Below, piece by piece: positions 54,197 to 63,299 of a stretch of DNA of 64,000 nt. The notes beneath the pieces were generated by a model. It had not been told where the DNA came from, ran no database searches, and saw only the letters and a program-made list of their open reading frames with translations. Each line of letters starts with the position of its first letter. Position 1 is the first letter of the stretch. A program made the position numbers and the translations under genes. The stretch is from assembly GCA_963706575.1 (NCBI GenBank), contig CAVPNL010000002.1, positions 32,001 through 96,000 of the forward strand. Direction: 5' to 3'. This stretch comes from an uncultured delta proteobacterium (GTDB taxonomy: Bacteria; Desulfobacterota; Desulfobacteria; Desulfobacterales; JAHEIW01).

Positions 54197-55723
54197 CTCC
54201 CACTCGATGGTGCTGGGCGGCTTCGAGCTGATGTCATAGACCACCCGGTTGACGCCATCGACTTCATTGATTATCCGATTGGAAATTTTGCCAAGCAAGT
54301 TATGCGGCAATTTTGCCCAATCCGCCGTCATGGCATCTTTGCTGGTTACTGCACGAATGGCGATTATATTTTCATAGGTCCGTTGATCACCCATTACCCC
54401 TACGCTTTTCAGGGGCAACAGAACTGCAAAAGATTGCCATAATTTTTTATAATATCCGGCATTCTTGATCTCTTCAAGTAAAACGTCGTCCACCTCCCGC
54501 AATATTTGCAACCGCTTGCGCCTAATCTCCCCCAAAACTCTGACGGCAAGGCCCGGGCCGGGAAAGGGTTGACGCCAGACCAGATCATCCGGCAGCCCCA
54601 GCTCCTTGCCCAGTAGGCGAACTTCGTCTTTAAACAGGTATCTAAGAGGCTCAATGAGCTTTAATTTCATTTTTTTAGGCAGTCCGCCGACATTATGATG
54701 GGATTTGATGACGGAGGTCGGACCGCCAAAAGCTGATACCGATTCAATCACATCCGGATACAGGGTCCCCTGGGCTAAAAATTCGGCGCCCTTTATCTTT
54801 TTGGCTTCCGCCTCAAAAACCTCCATAAATATGCGGCCGATAATTTTTCTTTTTTTCTCCGGGTCTGTGACTCCTGCCAATGCTTTTAAGAATCTGGCAC
54901 CGGCCTTGACGAATCGAATTTTGATATCCAAGTGCTGATTTAGAGTGATTTTCAGTTTGGCGGTCTCGTTTTTTCTCAAAAGCCCGTTGTCGACAAAAAT
55001 ACAGGTTAGCTGTTTCTGGATGCCTTTGTGCAACAGAATTGCCGTTACGGAAGAATCCACGCCGCCGCTTAATCCAAGGATAACCTTTTTATCACCGACC
55101 GTCTGCCGGATATCTTCGATGGCATCCTTGGCAAAAGATTTCATCGACCAGGAGCGTTTGCAACCGCAAATTTCGAACAGAAAATTTCGTAGAATTTTTT
55201 TTCCCTGGGGCGTATGGGCCACTTCAGGGTGGAATTGAACCCCTATCAATTTCCGGTTGCGGTGTGCCGCCGCCGCCACCGCCGTATTTTCGGTGGAGGC
55301 GGATATTGTGAAACCGGCTGGCAGGCGCTGAATGGAATCACCATGGCTCATCCAGCACTGGATCTTTTTTTGAATGCTCTTAAAAACACCGGTTGGGCGT
55401 AAAACGCTCAATTCAGCAAACCCGTATTCGCGCCTTCCGGCCCGCTTGACGGTTCCGCCCAAAGCAGACAGCATAAATTGCATACCGTAACAGATACCTA
55501 GAACCGGAATGCCTAGTTTAAATACGGCCGGGTCGATTTTGGGACTGCTTTTTTCATAAATGCTCGATGGCCCGCCGGATAAAATAATGCCCTCAGGGTC
55601 CAAACGTCTGATAGCATCGACTTTGATTGTCGGCGGTTCGATCAGGCAGTAGACGTGATTTTCCCGCACCCGGCGGGCAATCAGTTGGTTGTACTGAGAA
55701 CCGAAATCAATGATGAGTATCAT
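54194..55723 (-). CDS. guaA: GMP synthase (glutamine-hydrolysing)
   Basis: [45 protein letters not shown]. Confidence 0.98.
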   Translation of the reverse strand: MILIIDFGSQYNQLIARRVRENHVYCLIEPPTIKVDAIRRLDPEGIILSGGPSSIYEKSSPKIDPAVFKLGIPVLGICYGMQFMLSALGGTVKRAGRREYGFAELSVLRPTGVFKSIQKKIQCWMSHGDSIQRLPAGFTISASTENTAVAAAAHRNRKLIGVQFHPEVAHTPQGKKILRNFLFEICGCKRSWSMKSFAKDAIEDIRQTVGDKKVILGLSGGVDSSVTAILLHKGIQKQLTCIFVDNGLLRKNETAKLKITLNQHLDIKIRFVKAGARFLKALAGVTDPEKKRKIIGRIFMEVFEAEAKKIKGAEFLAQGTLYPDVIESVSAFGGPTSVIKSHHNVGGLPKKMKLKLIEPLRYLFKDEVRLLGKELGLPDDLVWRQPFPGPGLAVRVLGEIRRKRLQILREVDDVLLEEIKNAGYYKKLWQSFAVLLPLKSVGVMGDQRTYENIIAIRAVTSKDAMTADWAKLPHNLLGKISNRIINEVDGVNRVVYDISSKPPSTIEWE

Positions 55724-55739
55724 AGAGAGACCTGAGAAC

Positions 55740-55768
55740 CCGAATTGAGCGATAAACGCTCAATTCGG
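55740..55768. promoter_or_regulatory. Perfect 12-bp inverted repeat upstream of guaA
   Basis: CCGAATTGAGCG-ATAAA-CGCTCAATTCGG. Confidence 0.45.
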
Positions 55769-55976
55769 CGTTAATGGTTATTGGTGAATCGTTATTAGAA
55801 TTCGATGACAAGCTCATATTATAACCATAAAACAAAAATAATGTAATAATAATGAATTTCTACACAAGGAAATCATTGGGGGTATCGGTTTGCGAAATCA
55901 GGGTGAATATGTTAGAGACGGCTCTAAATGTCAACATTTAATACCTGAATTGAGGGTTTTCACAACCGGTTTTATC

Positions 55977-56759
55977 TTGCAGCGAATCATTGTACAAATT
56001 TATGAAGTCCAGACGCCTTTGGAAGCCGAGGCGCTCATTGAACTGGATGTCGATCATATTGGCAGTGTCGTCGTTTCGGAAGAAAATTGGAAGCTTCCGC
56101 AATTAAAAAATACCATTAAAACCATTCGCTCGACCACCGCCAAAAGCAGTTTAATTCCGCTGTATAACCACCCGGAATCCGTTGTGCGCACGCTGGACTA
56201 TTATCAACCGGATATTGTCCACTTTTGCGAGGCATTGTCGGACAGGGTCAATATTTGGGATTTCTGTGACCGATTGATTCACCTGCAGGCGTTCGTTCGA
56301 AAACATTTTCCGGAAATTAAAATCATGCGATCGATTCCGATTGCGCAAACCCGGGAAACCGATAGGATTCCGACACTAGAGCTTGCACAACGCTTTGAGA
56401 CGGCAAGCGATTTCTTTTTGACAGACACGATTCTGATGAATTCTTGCGGCACTGATATTGATCGCCAGCCGGTGCAGGGTTTTGTCGGAATCACCGGGGA
56501 AATCTGCAACTGGCAAACGGCGCAGAGGCTTGTGGAAAACGTGAATATTCCTGTTATTCTGGCCGGCGGCATTTCTCCACATAATGTCACGGATGGTATC
56601 CGGCAGGTAAGGCCGGCGGGGGTGGACAGCTGCACCCGCACCAATGTACTTGATAAAACCGGTAAACCGATTCGGTTCAAGAAGGATCTTTTCAAAGTTA
56701 AACAGCTGGTTCAGCGGGTTCGTGCGGCTGAAAAATCACTGTCGCAAGCCAAACGGTAA
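55977..56759 (+). CDS. TrpF (PRA isomerase)-like TIM barrel, divergent (start uncertain)
   Basis: FLTDT, GITG..CNW, PVILAGGISP.NV, PAGVDS, KD..KV. Confidence 0.75.
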   Translation: MQRIIVQIYEVQTPLEAEALIELDVDHIGSVVVSEENWKLPQLKNTIKTIRSTTAKSSLIPLYNHPESVVRTLDYYQPDIVHFCEALSDRVNIWDFCDRLIHLQAFVRKHFPEIKIMRSIPIAQTRETDRIPTLELAQRFETASDFFLTDTILMNSCGTDIDRQPVQGFVGITGEICNWQTAQRLVENVNIPVILAGGISPHNVTDGIRQVRPAGVDSCTRTNVLDKTGKPIRFKKDLFKVKQLVQRVRAAEKSLSQAKR

Positions 56760-56893
56760 CAGCGTTTGATTTGAAAACATGACAAAATGGAAAGTGACGC
56801 CTATTTTAAAACCTAACCCCGGTTTTTTATTTTGTTACCGGTTAATTCTGGTGATTGTGTTCGGTTGCCAGTAACAAAGGAGGAAGATGCAAT

Positions 56894-57457
56894 ATGCTTG
56901 AAAGCAGTGATTTAAGAAAAGGGCTGAAATTCGAACTGGATGGAGAACCTCATGTGATTGTCCAGTTTGATTTTGTAAAGCCCGGCAAGGGTCAGGCGCT
57001 TTACAAGTGCAAACTGAAAAACATGCTGACCGGCGCCCAATTTGATAGAACTTTTCGATCCAGTGAAAAATTCAAAGAGGCTGATCTGGAAGAAGTTGAA
57101 ATGGAATATTTGTATTCAGACGGCCAGCGTTTCTGTTTTATGAATACCAGCACCTACGATCAAGTGTTCGTCACCGAAGAGCAAGTTACAGATTCAATAG
57201 ATTTTTTAAAAGAGAATACGATCTGCAGTGTCTTGCTGTATGAAGGCAGCCCCATCGGGATCTCTCTTCCATTTTTTATCGATTTAAAAGTTGAAAAAAC
57301 AGATCCCTGGGTAAAAGGCGATACCGCATCCGGAGATTCCAAACCGGCAACCCTTGAAACCGGATATGTTCTAAATGTCCCGCCGTTTATTGAGGAAGGT
57401 GAGCTGATTCGAATTGATACCCGCACCGGTCAATATGTCGAGCGTGTCAAAACCTAA
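56894..57457 (+). CDS. efp: Elongation factor P
   Basis: KPGKGQA, KGDTA, LETG, VPPFI, DTRTG.Y.ER; RBS GGAGG. Confidence 0.97.
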   Translation: MLESSDLRKGLKFELDGEPHVIVQFDFVKPGKGQALYKCKLKNMLTGAQFDRTFRSSEKFKEADLEEVEMEYLYSDGQRFCFMNTSTYDQVFVTEEQVTDSIDFLKENTICSVLLYEGSPIGISLPFFIDLKVEKTDPWVKGDTASGDSKPATLETGYVLNVPPFIEEGELIRIDTRTGQYVERVKT

Positions 57458-60373
57458 ATGCAATTCCCAATAGGTCACTTTTTAGACGCTTTTTTCGCTT
57501 CCGAACGCCTGCGGTCTCAGGTGGTGTTTCAAAAAACGTTGCCGGCTACAGGGGCCATATGGGCCGATCCCCGGGAACCGTGGCCGGATTCGATGCGGGT
57601 CGTTCTGGAATCAGCTGGAATTAAAAAATTATACCGGCATCAGGCGACCGCGATTGATTTCATTCGCAACGGCCGGCATGTCATCGTGGCCACACCCACT
57701 GCCAGCGGCAAAACGCTGGTCTATGATCTGCCGGTGCTGGAGTATTTTCTATCCGACCCCGATGCAACCGCGTTGTATATTTTTCCGCTGAAAGCTCTGG
57801 CCCAGGATCAGCTGCAAACATTTGAAACCCTGTCGTCGTACCTGAAACCTTCCGGGCCAACGGCTGCCATCTATGACGGTGATACGTCTGCCTACCGCCG
57901 CAAACGCATCCGGCAAGCCCCGCCCAACGTGGTCATCACCAATCCGGAGATGCTTCATCTGTCTTTGCTGGCCCACCATCGCAAATGGGCCCCCTTTCTG
58001 TCCAGACTGCATATGGTGGTTGTTGATGAAGTCCACACCTATCGCGGGGTAATGGGATCTCATGTGGCCCAGATCTTCAGGCGGTTTGACCGCATCTGCC
58101 ACCGGTACGGGGCATCGCCGACTTTTATTTTCAGCTCGGCCACGGTGGCCAATCCCGCACAGCTGGCCCATCAACTTACCGGTCTGAGGGTAGAAACAAT
58201 CGGTGACAGTGGGGCGCCCCGGGGCCAGCGCCATCTTGTATTCTTAAACCCGGTGCTGGGGCCGGCTCGCGCCAGCATCCATCTGCTGAAGGCCGCTCTG
58301 AAAAATGGATTGAGAACCATCGTCTATACTCAATCCCGCAAACTGACCGAGCTGATCGCCATGTGGGCCGGCAGCGAATCCGGTACATTTGCCGATCGAA
58401 TCAGTGCTTATCGAGCCGGGCTGCTGCCACAGGAGCGCCGGGACATCGAGGCACGCCTTGCCAGCGGTGATTTGCTGGCGGTTATTACCACCAGTGCCCT
58501 GGAACTGGGCATCGATATCGGGGATCTGGATCTTTGCCTGCTGGTGGGCTATCCCGGTTCGGTCATTTCAACCTGGCAGCGGGGCGGACGGGTCGGCCGC
58601 AGCGGCCAGGATTCCGCCCTGGTCCTGATTGCCGGAGAAGACGCCCTCGACCAGTATTTTATGCGAAATCCGCAGGATTTTATAAACCGCAAGCCGGAAT
58701 CTGCCGTCGTCAATCCGTTTAACAAACAAATTATGGCCCAGCATCTGGTGTGTGCGGCTGCTGAACTGACGCTCAGAACTGAGGAGAAGCTTCTCACTGA
58801 AGAAAACGCACCCGAGGTGCTGGCCAAACTGGAAACAGAAGGTCATTTGTTAAAAAGCGCCGACGGCAAAGAAATATACGCGCGTCGCAAAGCACCCCAT
58901 CGGGATATCGATATTCGGGGTGGCGGAAATCGGTTTCAGATTGTCGAGGCGCAAACTGACAAGCCCATCGGCGAAATTGATGATTATCGGGCGTTTCGTG
59001 AAACCCATCCCGGTGCCGTTTACCTCCACAAAGGAAACACTTTTGTGGTTGATCACCTCGATATCCCCCGGCGAACCATAACCGTTACCAGGTCCCGCGT
59101 GGATTATTATACCCGCATCAGGGGGCATAAGCTGACTGAGATACTGAAGATTAATAATCATATATTTGTTTTAGGAACAAAGGTTTATGAAGGAACAATT
59201 AAAGTCACAGATCAAGTCACTGAATTTGAAATGTGGCGCAGTCAGACTCACACGCTGATCAATCGAATTCCGCTGGATCTGCCGCCGCAGATTTTTGAAA
59301 CCCACGGCATGTGGTTTCAGATTCCGCAATCGATCCAGCGTGAATGCGAATCCCGATCCTTTGATCTGATGGGCGCCCTGCATGCCATTGAACATGCAGC
59401 CATCGGCATTTTTCCGTTACTGGTAATGGCGGACCACAATGATGTGGGGGGGCTGTCCACCAATTATCACCCCCAGGTGGGCAGCGCGGTAATTTTTATT
59501 TATGACGGCATTCCCGGTGGAGCCGGTTTGACGCGCCAGGCGTTTGCAAACACGCAGCAACTGCTGCGCTATACCCTGAAGACCATCCGGGATTGTCCCT
59601 GTGAAGACGGTTGCCCCTCCTGTGTTCAATCACCGCAGTGCGGTTCCGGCAATCGGCCCATGGACAAAAATGCAGCCATCTTTATTCTCGATCGCCTGGA
59701 TGCCCATGCAAAATCCAAAGATATCGCCGGAATCAATGGCCATTCGCGCGGGAAAAAAGAGCGAATGCCGCAACCGCCGGATGAACCTCAAAGTATTCAG
59801 CCGAAAGCGCCCGTGAGCCGCGGGCCAAACCTGTCTCAAAAGATGCATTTTGGTGTCTTTGACCTTGAAACCCAGCGGTCGGCCGCGGAAGTCGGCGGCT
59901 GGCAGCGCGCCGACCGTATGGGCGTCAGTTGCGGCGTGATTTATGACGCTCAAAAAGACGTTTTCAATGAATATAGCGAAAATCAAATTTCGCGCCTGAT
60001 CGAAGATCTTAAGGAATTTGAGCTTGTCGTCGGTTTCAATATTAAACGCTTTGATTTCCTGGTGCTGAAAGGATATTCGGATTTTGATTTTACCACACTG
60101 AATACCCTGGATATTCTTGAAGACATACACCGTCATCTAGGATTCAGATTATCACTGGCGCATGTGACTCAAGAAACACTGGGAACCACAAAGACTGGAG
60201 ATGGGTTGCAGGCGCTACAATGGTGGCAGGAAGGGCGACTTCGCGAAATTATCGATTACTGTAAAATGGATGTGAAGCTGACGCGGGACCTTTATCTATT
60301 CGGCCGGCAAAACGGACATATCATTTTCAGAAATCGGGATCAGAAGCGGGTCCGCATCCCCGTTAATTGGTAA
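57458..60373 (+). CDS. DEAH helicase (YprA/MrfA/Hrq1 type) with DUF1998 and fused DEDD exonuclease domain
   Basis: TASGKT, DEVH, SAT, QRGGRVGR, C.C..GCPSC.....C, FDLETQ, GFNIKRFD, YCKMDV. Confidence 0.9.
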   Translation: MQFPIGHFLDAFFASERLRSQVVFQKTLPATGAIWADPREPWPDSMRVVLESAGIKKLYRHQATAIDFIRNGRHVIVATPTASGKTLVYDLPVLEYFLSDPDATALYIFPLKALAQDQLQTFETLSSYLKPSGPTAAIYDGDTSAYRRKRIRQAPPNVVITNPEMLHLSLLAHHRKWAPFLSRLHMVVVDEVHTYRGVMGSHVAQIFRRFDRICHRYGASPTFIFSSATVANPAQLAHQLTGLRVETIGDSGAPRGQRHLVFLNPVLGPARASIHLLKAALKNGLRTIVYTQSRKLTELIAMWAGSESGTFADRISAYRAGLLPQERRDIEARLASGDLLAVITTSALELGIDIGDLDLCLLVGYPGSVISTWQRGGRVGRSGQDSALVLIAGEDALDQYFMRNPQDFINRKPESAVVNPFNKQIMAQHLVCAAAELTLRTEEKLLTEENAPEVLAKLETEGHLLKSADGKEIYARRKAPHRDIDIRGGGNRFQIVEAQTDKPIGEIDDYRAFRETHPGAVYLHKGNTFVVDHLDIPRRTITVTRSRVDYYTRIRGHKLTEILKINNHIFVLGTKVYEGTIKVTDQVTEFEMWRSQTHTLINRIPLDLPPQIFETHGMWFQIPQSIQRECESRSFDLMGALHAIEHAAIGIFPLLVMADHNDVGGLSTNYHPQVGSAVIFIYDGIPGGAGLTRQAFANTQQLLRYTLKTIRDCPCEDGCPSCVQSPQCGSGNRPMDKNAAIFILDRLDAHAKSKDIAGINGHSRGKKERMPQPPDEPQSIQPKAPVSRGPNLSQKMHFGVFDLETQRSAAEVGGWQRADRMGVSCGVIYDAQKDVFNEYSENQISRLIEDLKEFELVVGFNIKRFDFLVLKGYSDFDFTTLNTLDILEDIHRHLGFRLSLAHVTQETLGTTKTGDGLQALQWWQEGRLREIIDYCKMDVKLTRDLYLFGRQNGHIIFRNRDQKRVRIPVNW

Positions 60374-60391
60374 ACCGGTCGACCCCTAAAT

Positions 60392-60658
60392 GGTTTCAGA
60401 TGTCAGGTCTCAAAATATATGGGACTGCGGACTGAGTGCTGAGGACTGAGGCATATCGAAATAGAAAGGTGGAAAAATCGTCCCTCCAGCCCATGCCTGA
60501 AAACGACAAGTCATGTTGAAATGGTAGAGCGCCAGGAATTTTTTCGCTCAGTCCTCAGTCCTCAGCACTCATTACTTGTCGATTTAGCCTGAAACCTGAC
60601 ACCCGGTAGGCCCTCCGGGCCAAAGACTGACACCTGCAACCCGACACCTGAAACCTGA
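60392..60658. repeat. Nested inverted heptamer arrays between convergent genes
   Basis: Outer GGTTTCA/CCTGAAA arms, inner GGACTGA/TCAGTCC arms (60422-60450, 60547-60571). Confidence 0.75.
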
Positions 60659-60659
60659 G

Positions 60660-61505
60660 CTAGGTGATGTGATCAATTAACTGGCCAAGATCTGTCAGAA
60701 TCAGATCCGCAGACAAATTTAAGCACCGTGCGTCATCCGTCCTCAAGCGCAGTGAACGCGCATCACCGGCAAACAGTGCGGTTTGAAACCCAAGTTGGTG
60801 CGCAGGGTAGATATCGTTGAGCATATCATTACCGACGAAAAGGGCAGCGGCTGTATCAAAACCCTTTGCTTCGATTGCAGATGCAGCCATTTTAAAAAGT
60901 ATCTCTGATGGTTTGGCACAACCCAATCGATACGATAGAAAAATAAGCTCGGAATCAAAACCCAGGTTTTCCATGCGGGCATCCAAAAACCATTCAAATA
61001 GCAGGGGTGTGAAAAATTGAGCATTGGAAATGATGCCCATTGCCAGGCTTTGTTGCCTGCATGCCGCCAGCAAATTTTCAAGATTGGGCATCGGGTATAC
61101 CGGGTTGACAATCAATTCATATTCGATGGCAAACCTGCGAACCAGCTGAGTATCGTCAAGACCAAGAATTTGCTGCCAGATTTCATCGATCTTGATTTCG
61201 GGATAATCGATCCCATTGTCTTTTAACCGGCGGTGTTTTAATTCAATAACATCGTGTAATTCCGCGACGAGAGCCTGCGGGGATTTGGCGATATCATATT
61301 TATGCACGAGCTGCTCAAGTTTCTGGCTCGGCGATGATGTTTTGCGGGCAAGACTGATATCACCGGAACCGCTGATAAATAAAGTGCCGTAAATGTCAAA
61401 AAGGACACATTGAATCTTTCCGTCAAGACCGCCGCCGGGCGTTATTGAAGTTGACAACGGCGACATCGCCGCCAGATAATCGGCAAACCATTCATCGTGC
61501 GCCAT
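60660..61505 (-). CDS. HAD-family hydrolase/phosphatase
   Basis: FDIYGTL, ISNAQ, AKPS, VGNDMLND. Confidence 0.88.
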   Translation of the reverse strand: MAHDEWFADYLAAMSPLSTSITPGGGLDGKIQCVLFDIYGTLFISGSGDISLARKTSSPSQKLEQLVHKYDIAKSPQALVAELHDVIELKHRRLKDNGIDYPEIKIDEIWQQILGLDDTQLVRRFAIEYELIVNPVYPMPNLENLLAACRQQSLAMGIISNAQFFTPLLFEWFLDARMENLGFDSELIFLSYRLGCAKPSEILFKMAASAIEAKGFDTAAALFVGNDMLNDIYPAHQLGFQTALFAGDARSLRLRTDDARCLNLSADLILTDLGQLIDHIT

Positions 61506-62916
61506 AGTCACCCCATTTAAGCAGGCTGAATTTTGTTAAATCTAAAAATTCAGCCAGCAATTTTTTTTTATCGATTTGCTGCCGAATTATTGTTTTGTCT
61601 ACATGCGCATAAATCGCTAACAGTTTCTGACGGTACTGTGACATGCCGTAGCTGCGAGCCACCGCATTACGGTTGTTTTCAATTAAATCTTTTTCATTGG
61701 CAGTCCTGCCGATTTCTGCCAGAAACGGATTCAAAGACAACAATTCATTTACATGAGTATGGGCGTTTTGAGTCAATAGGCGGCCAATGACCTGTTTTTG
61801 GAATTCTTCATTCAATAGCCCAAAATCGATCGTTCCACCGGCAGTAAGCGCAGCAAAGGTGCTTTGAATTCGATCATTGTCGATTACAAGATCAAACAGC
61901 TTGGCAGTGTTGTGTATCGTGTCTTCCCATTTTTCATAAAAATCAACCAATTCAAGCCAATCAACAGGTACATTCAGCGCTGTATACATGTGGTCAAAAC
62001 AAACACCGTTGGATTCAAAGTCCGTGCAGATATCGCAAAGTTTTCGTCCCCACACGGATTTGTTAAAAAGCCAGGGTTCCAAAAAAGAGAAACCGAAACC
62101 TTCCGTGATACTGGTGGTCAGCAGATATCGAGCCGAAGACAAAATGGCTTCATAAGGGTGATTTAAACCCCGTTCAAATTCTACCCGCAGCTGATAGTTG
62201 GTGACGAATGCTTTCCAGTCCTTATAACTCTCGATATCCGCTTGGCTGTTTGGCGGCAGGGTGATCACCAGGGTTTCATTATCCCTGAAAAAAAGAGATA
62301 AGAGGATGGCTTCGCCGATATTTTTTCGTCGGATCGCGCGGATGGGGTAGACGACATAAGGGCCCCCATTGGAAGCGATAGATGGATATGGATTGTCTGA
62401 AAAGTATACGGTATTAAAGATTTGGTGGAGCCCCTGCTTTTTTAATCCACTTTTAAGAAGAATCTGATAATCACGGGAATTGATCACACTGTAATGACAG
62501 TCTTGCGGGTAGTCTTCCTTAAAATATGACCGCGGTCGACCATCTTCGGCAAAATCGTGAATCTGTAAAAGTAATGCTAAACCTCTTTTTTGCAGGGCTT
62601 TCAGAATTTTTAAAAAATTTTTATTTTTTGCCAGAATCGGATTGTGTACATGAACAATGTCACAGGGTCCACCAAAATGCGACTCAATAGACCGCACCAC
62701 GGCGGCGGCAACTTTCTCAGGTTGAAAAGAACGATGGTAATCAGCTGAATAGGCCAATTCGGGAATATGAATCGTCTTTGCCGGAAAACCGGTCTGCGGC
62801 AATTCACCTGTAATGACGCACACGTCGCAATCGGATTTCAATGCTTCCACCTGATTTTTTAAACAGGTGGTTACCCCGCCGGTTTTAAGATGATAATGCA
62901 TGAAAACGATTTTCAT
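61492..62916 (-). CDS. GT4-like glycosyltransferase
   Basis: HYHLKTGGVT, HVHN, IHDFAED, PIRAIRRKNIGE, EGFGFSFLEPW. Confidence 0.85.
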   Translation of the reverse strand: MKIVFMHYHLKTGGVTTCLKNQVEALKSDCDVCVITGELPQTGFPAKTIHIPELAYSADYHRSFQPEKVAAAVVRSIESHFGGPCDIVHVHNPILAKNKNFLKILKALQKRGLALLLQIHDFAEDGRPRSYFKEDYPQDCHYSVINSRDYQILLKSGLKKQGLHQIFNTVYFSDNPYPSIASNGGPYVVYPIRAIRRKNIGEAILLSLFFRDNETLVITLPPNSQADIESYKDWKAFVTNYQLRVEFERGLNHPYEAILSSARYLLTTSITEGFGFSFLEPWLFNKSVWGRKLCDICTDFESNGVCFDHMYTALNVPVDWLELVDFYEKWEDTIHNTAKLFDLVIDNDRIQSTFAALTAGGTIDFGLLNEEFQKQVIGRLLTQNAHTHVNELLSLNPFLAEIGRTANEKDLIENNRNAVARSYGMSQYRQKLLAIYAHVDKTIIRQQIDKKKLLAEFLDLTKFSLLKWGDYGAR

Positions 62917-63024
62917 TGTGAATCCTATTGACCGAGCTGCAGATGGGTTTGCCTGCAAAATTGAATACGAGGGATCCTGGACTACGGTCCGGCTCGGTTT
63001 CGTAAAGCTTCCAATCCCTGAATT

Positions 63025-63172
63025 TAGAATTGGTTTCAAAACCTCAGATCAGGTTCAAGGGCAAGGCGCAGGCCGATCGAGAAAGCGCAGCATACATATG
63101 GGTATGTGAGCATTTATCGGAGGCCTGCAACGCAGCCATTGGGCCTTAGATGGGGTTTTGAAACCAATTCTA
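63025..63172 (+). mobile_element. Hairpin element, full copy with compensated terminal change
   Basis: TAGAATTGGTTTCAAAACC...GGTTTTGAAACCAATTCTA. Confidence 0.87.
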
Positions 63173-63299
63173 ATCATAATTTGAAGAAAATCGCTATAGA
63201 CAAGAATTCATATCAAGAGGAATTTCAGAACAATTACGGTCAGCGGCGGGTTGAAGATAGTGCTGTTTTAAAAATGGGAGTGTATCTCGACGTTACCCC

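Noticed and set aside
11572..60658. Short tandem arrays and dispersed repeats as CRISPR
   Set aside because: Units are 7-10 bp and inverted, or dispersed; no repeat-spacer periodicity and no cas genes
62930..62999. c-di-GMP-I riboswitch (GGCAAACC on minus strand)
   Set aside because: GAAA-capped stem, GCAAA junction and second conserved stem are missing
62917..63039. Extended N-terminus of the GT4 ORF (also track starts at 28765, 48123, 49933, 55890)
   Set aside because: Extensions run through repeats or intergenic DNA; downstream starts fit RBS position or domain boundaries better
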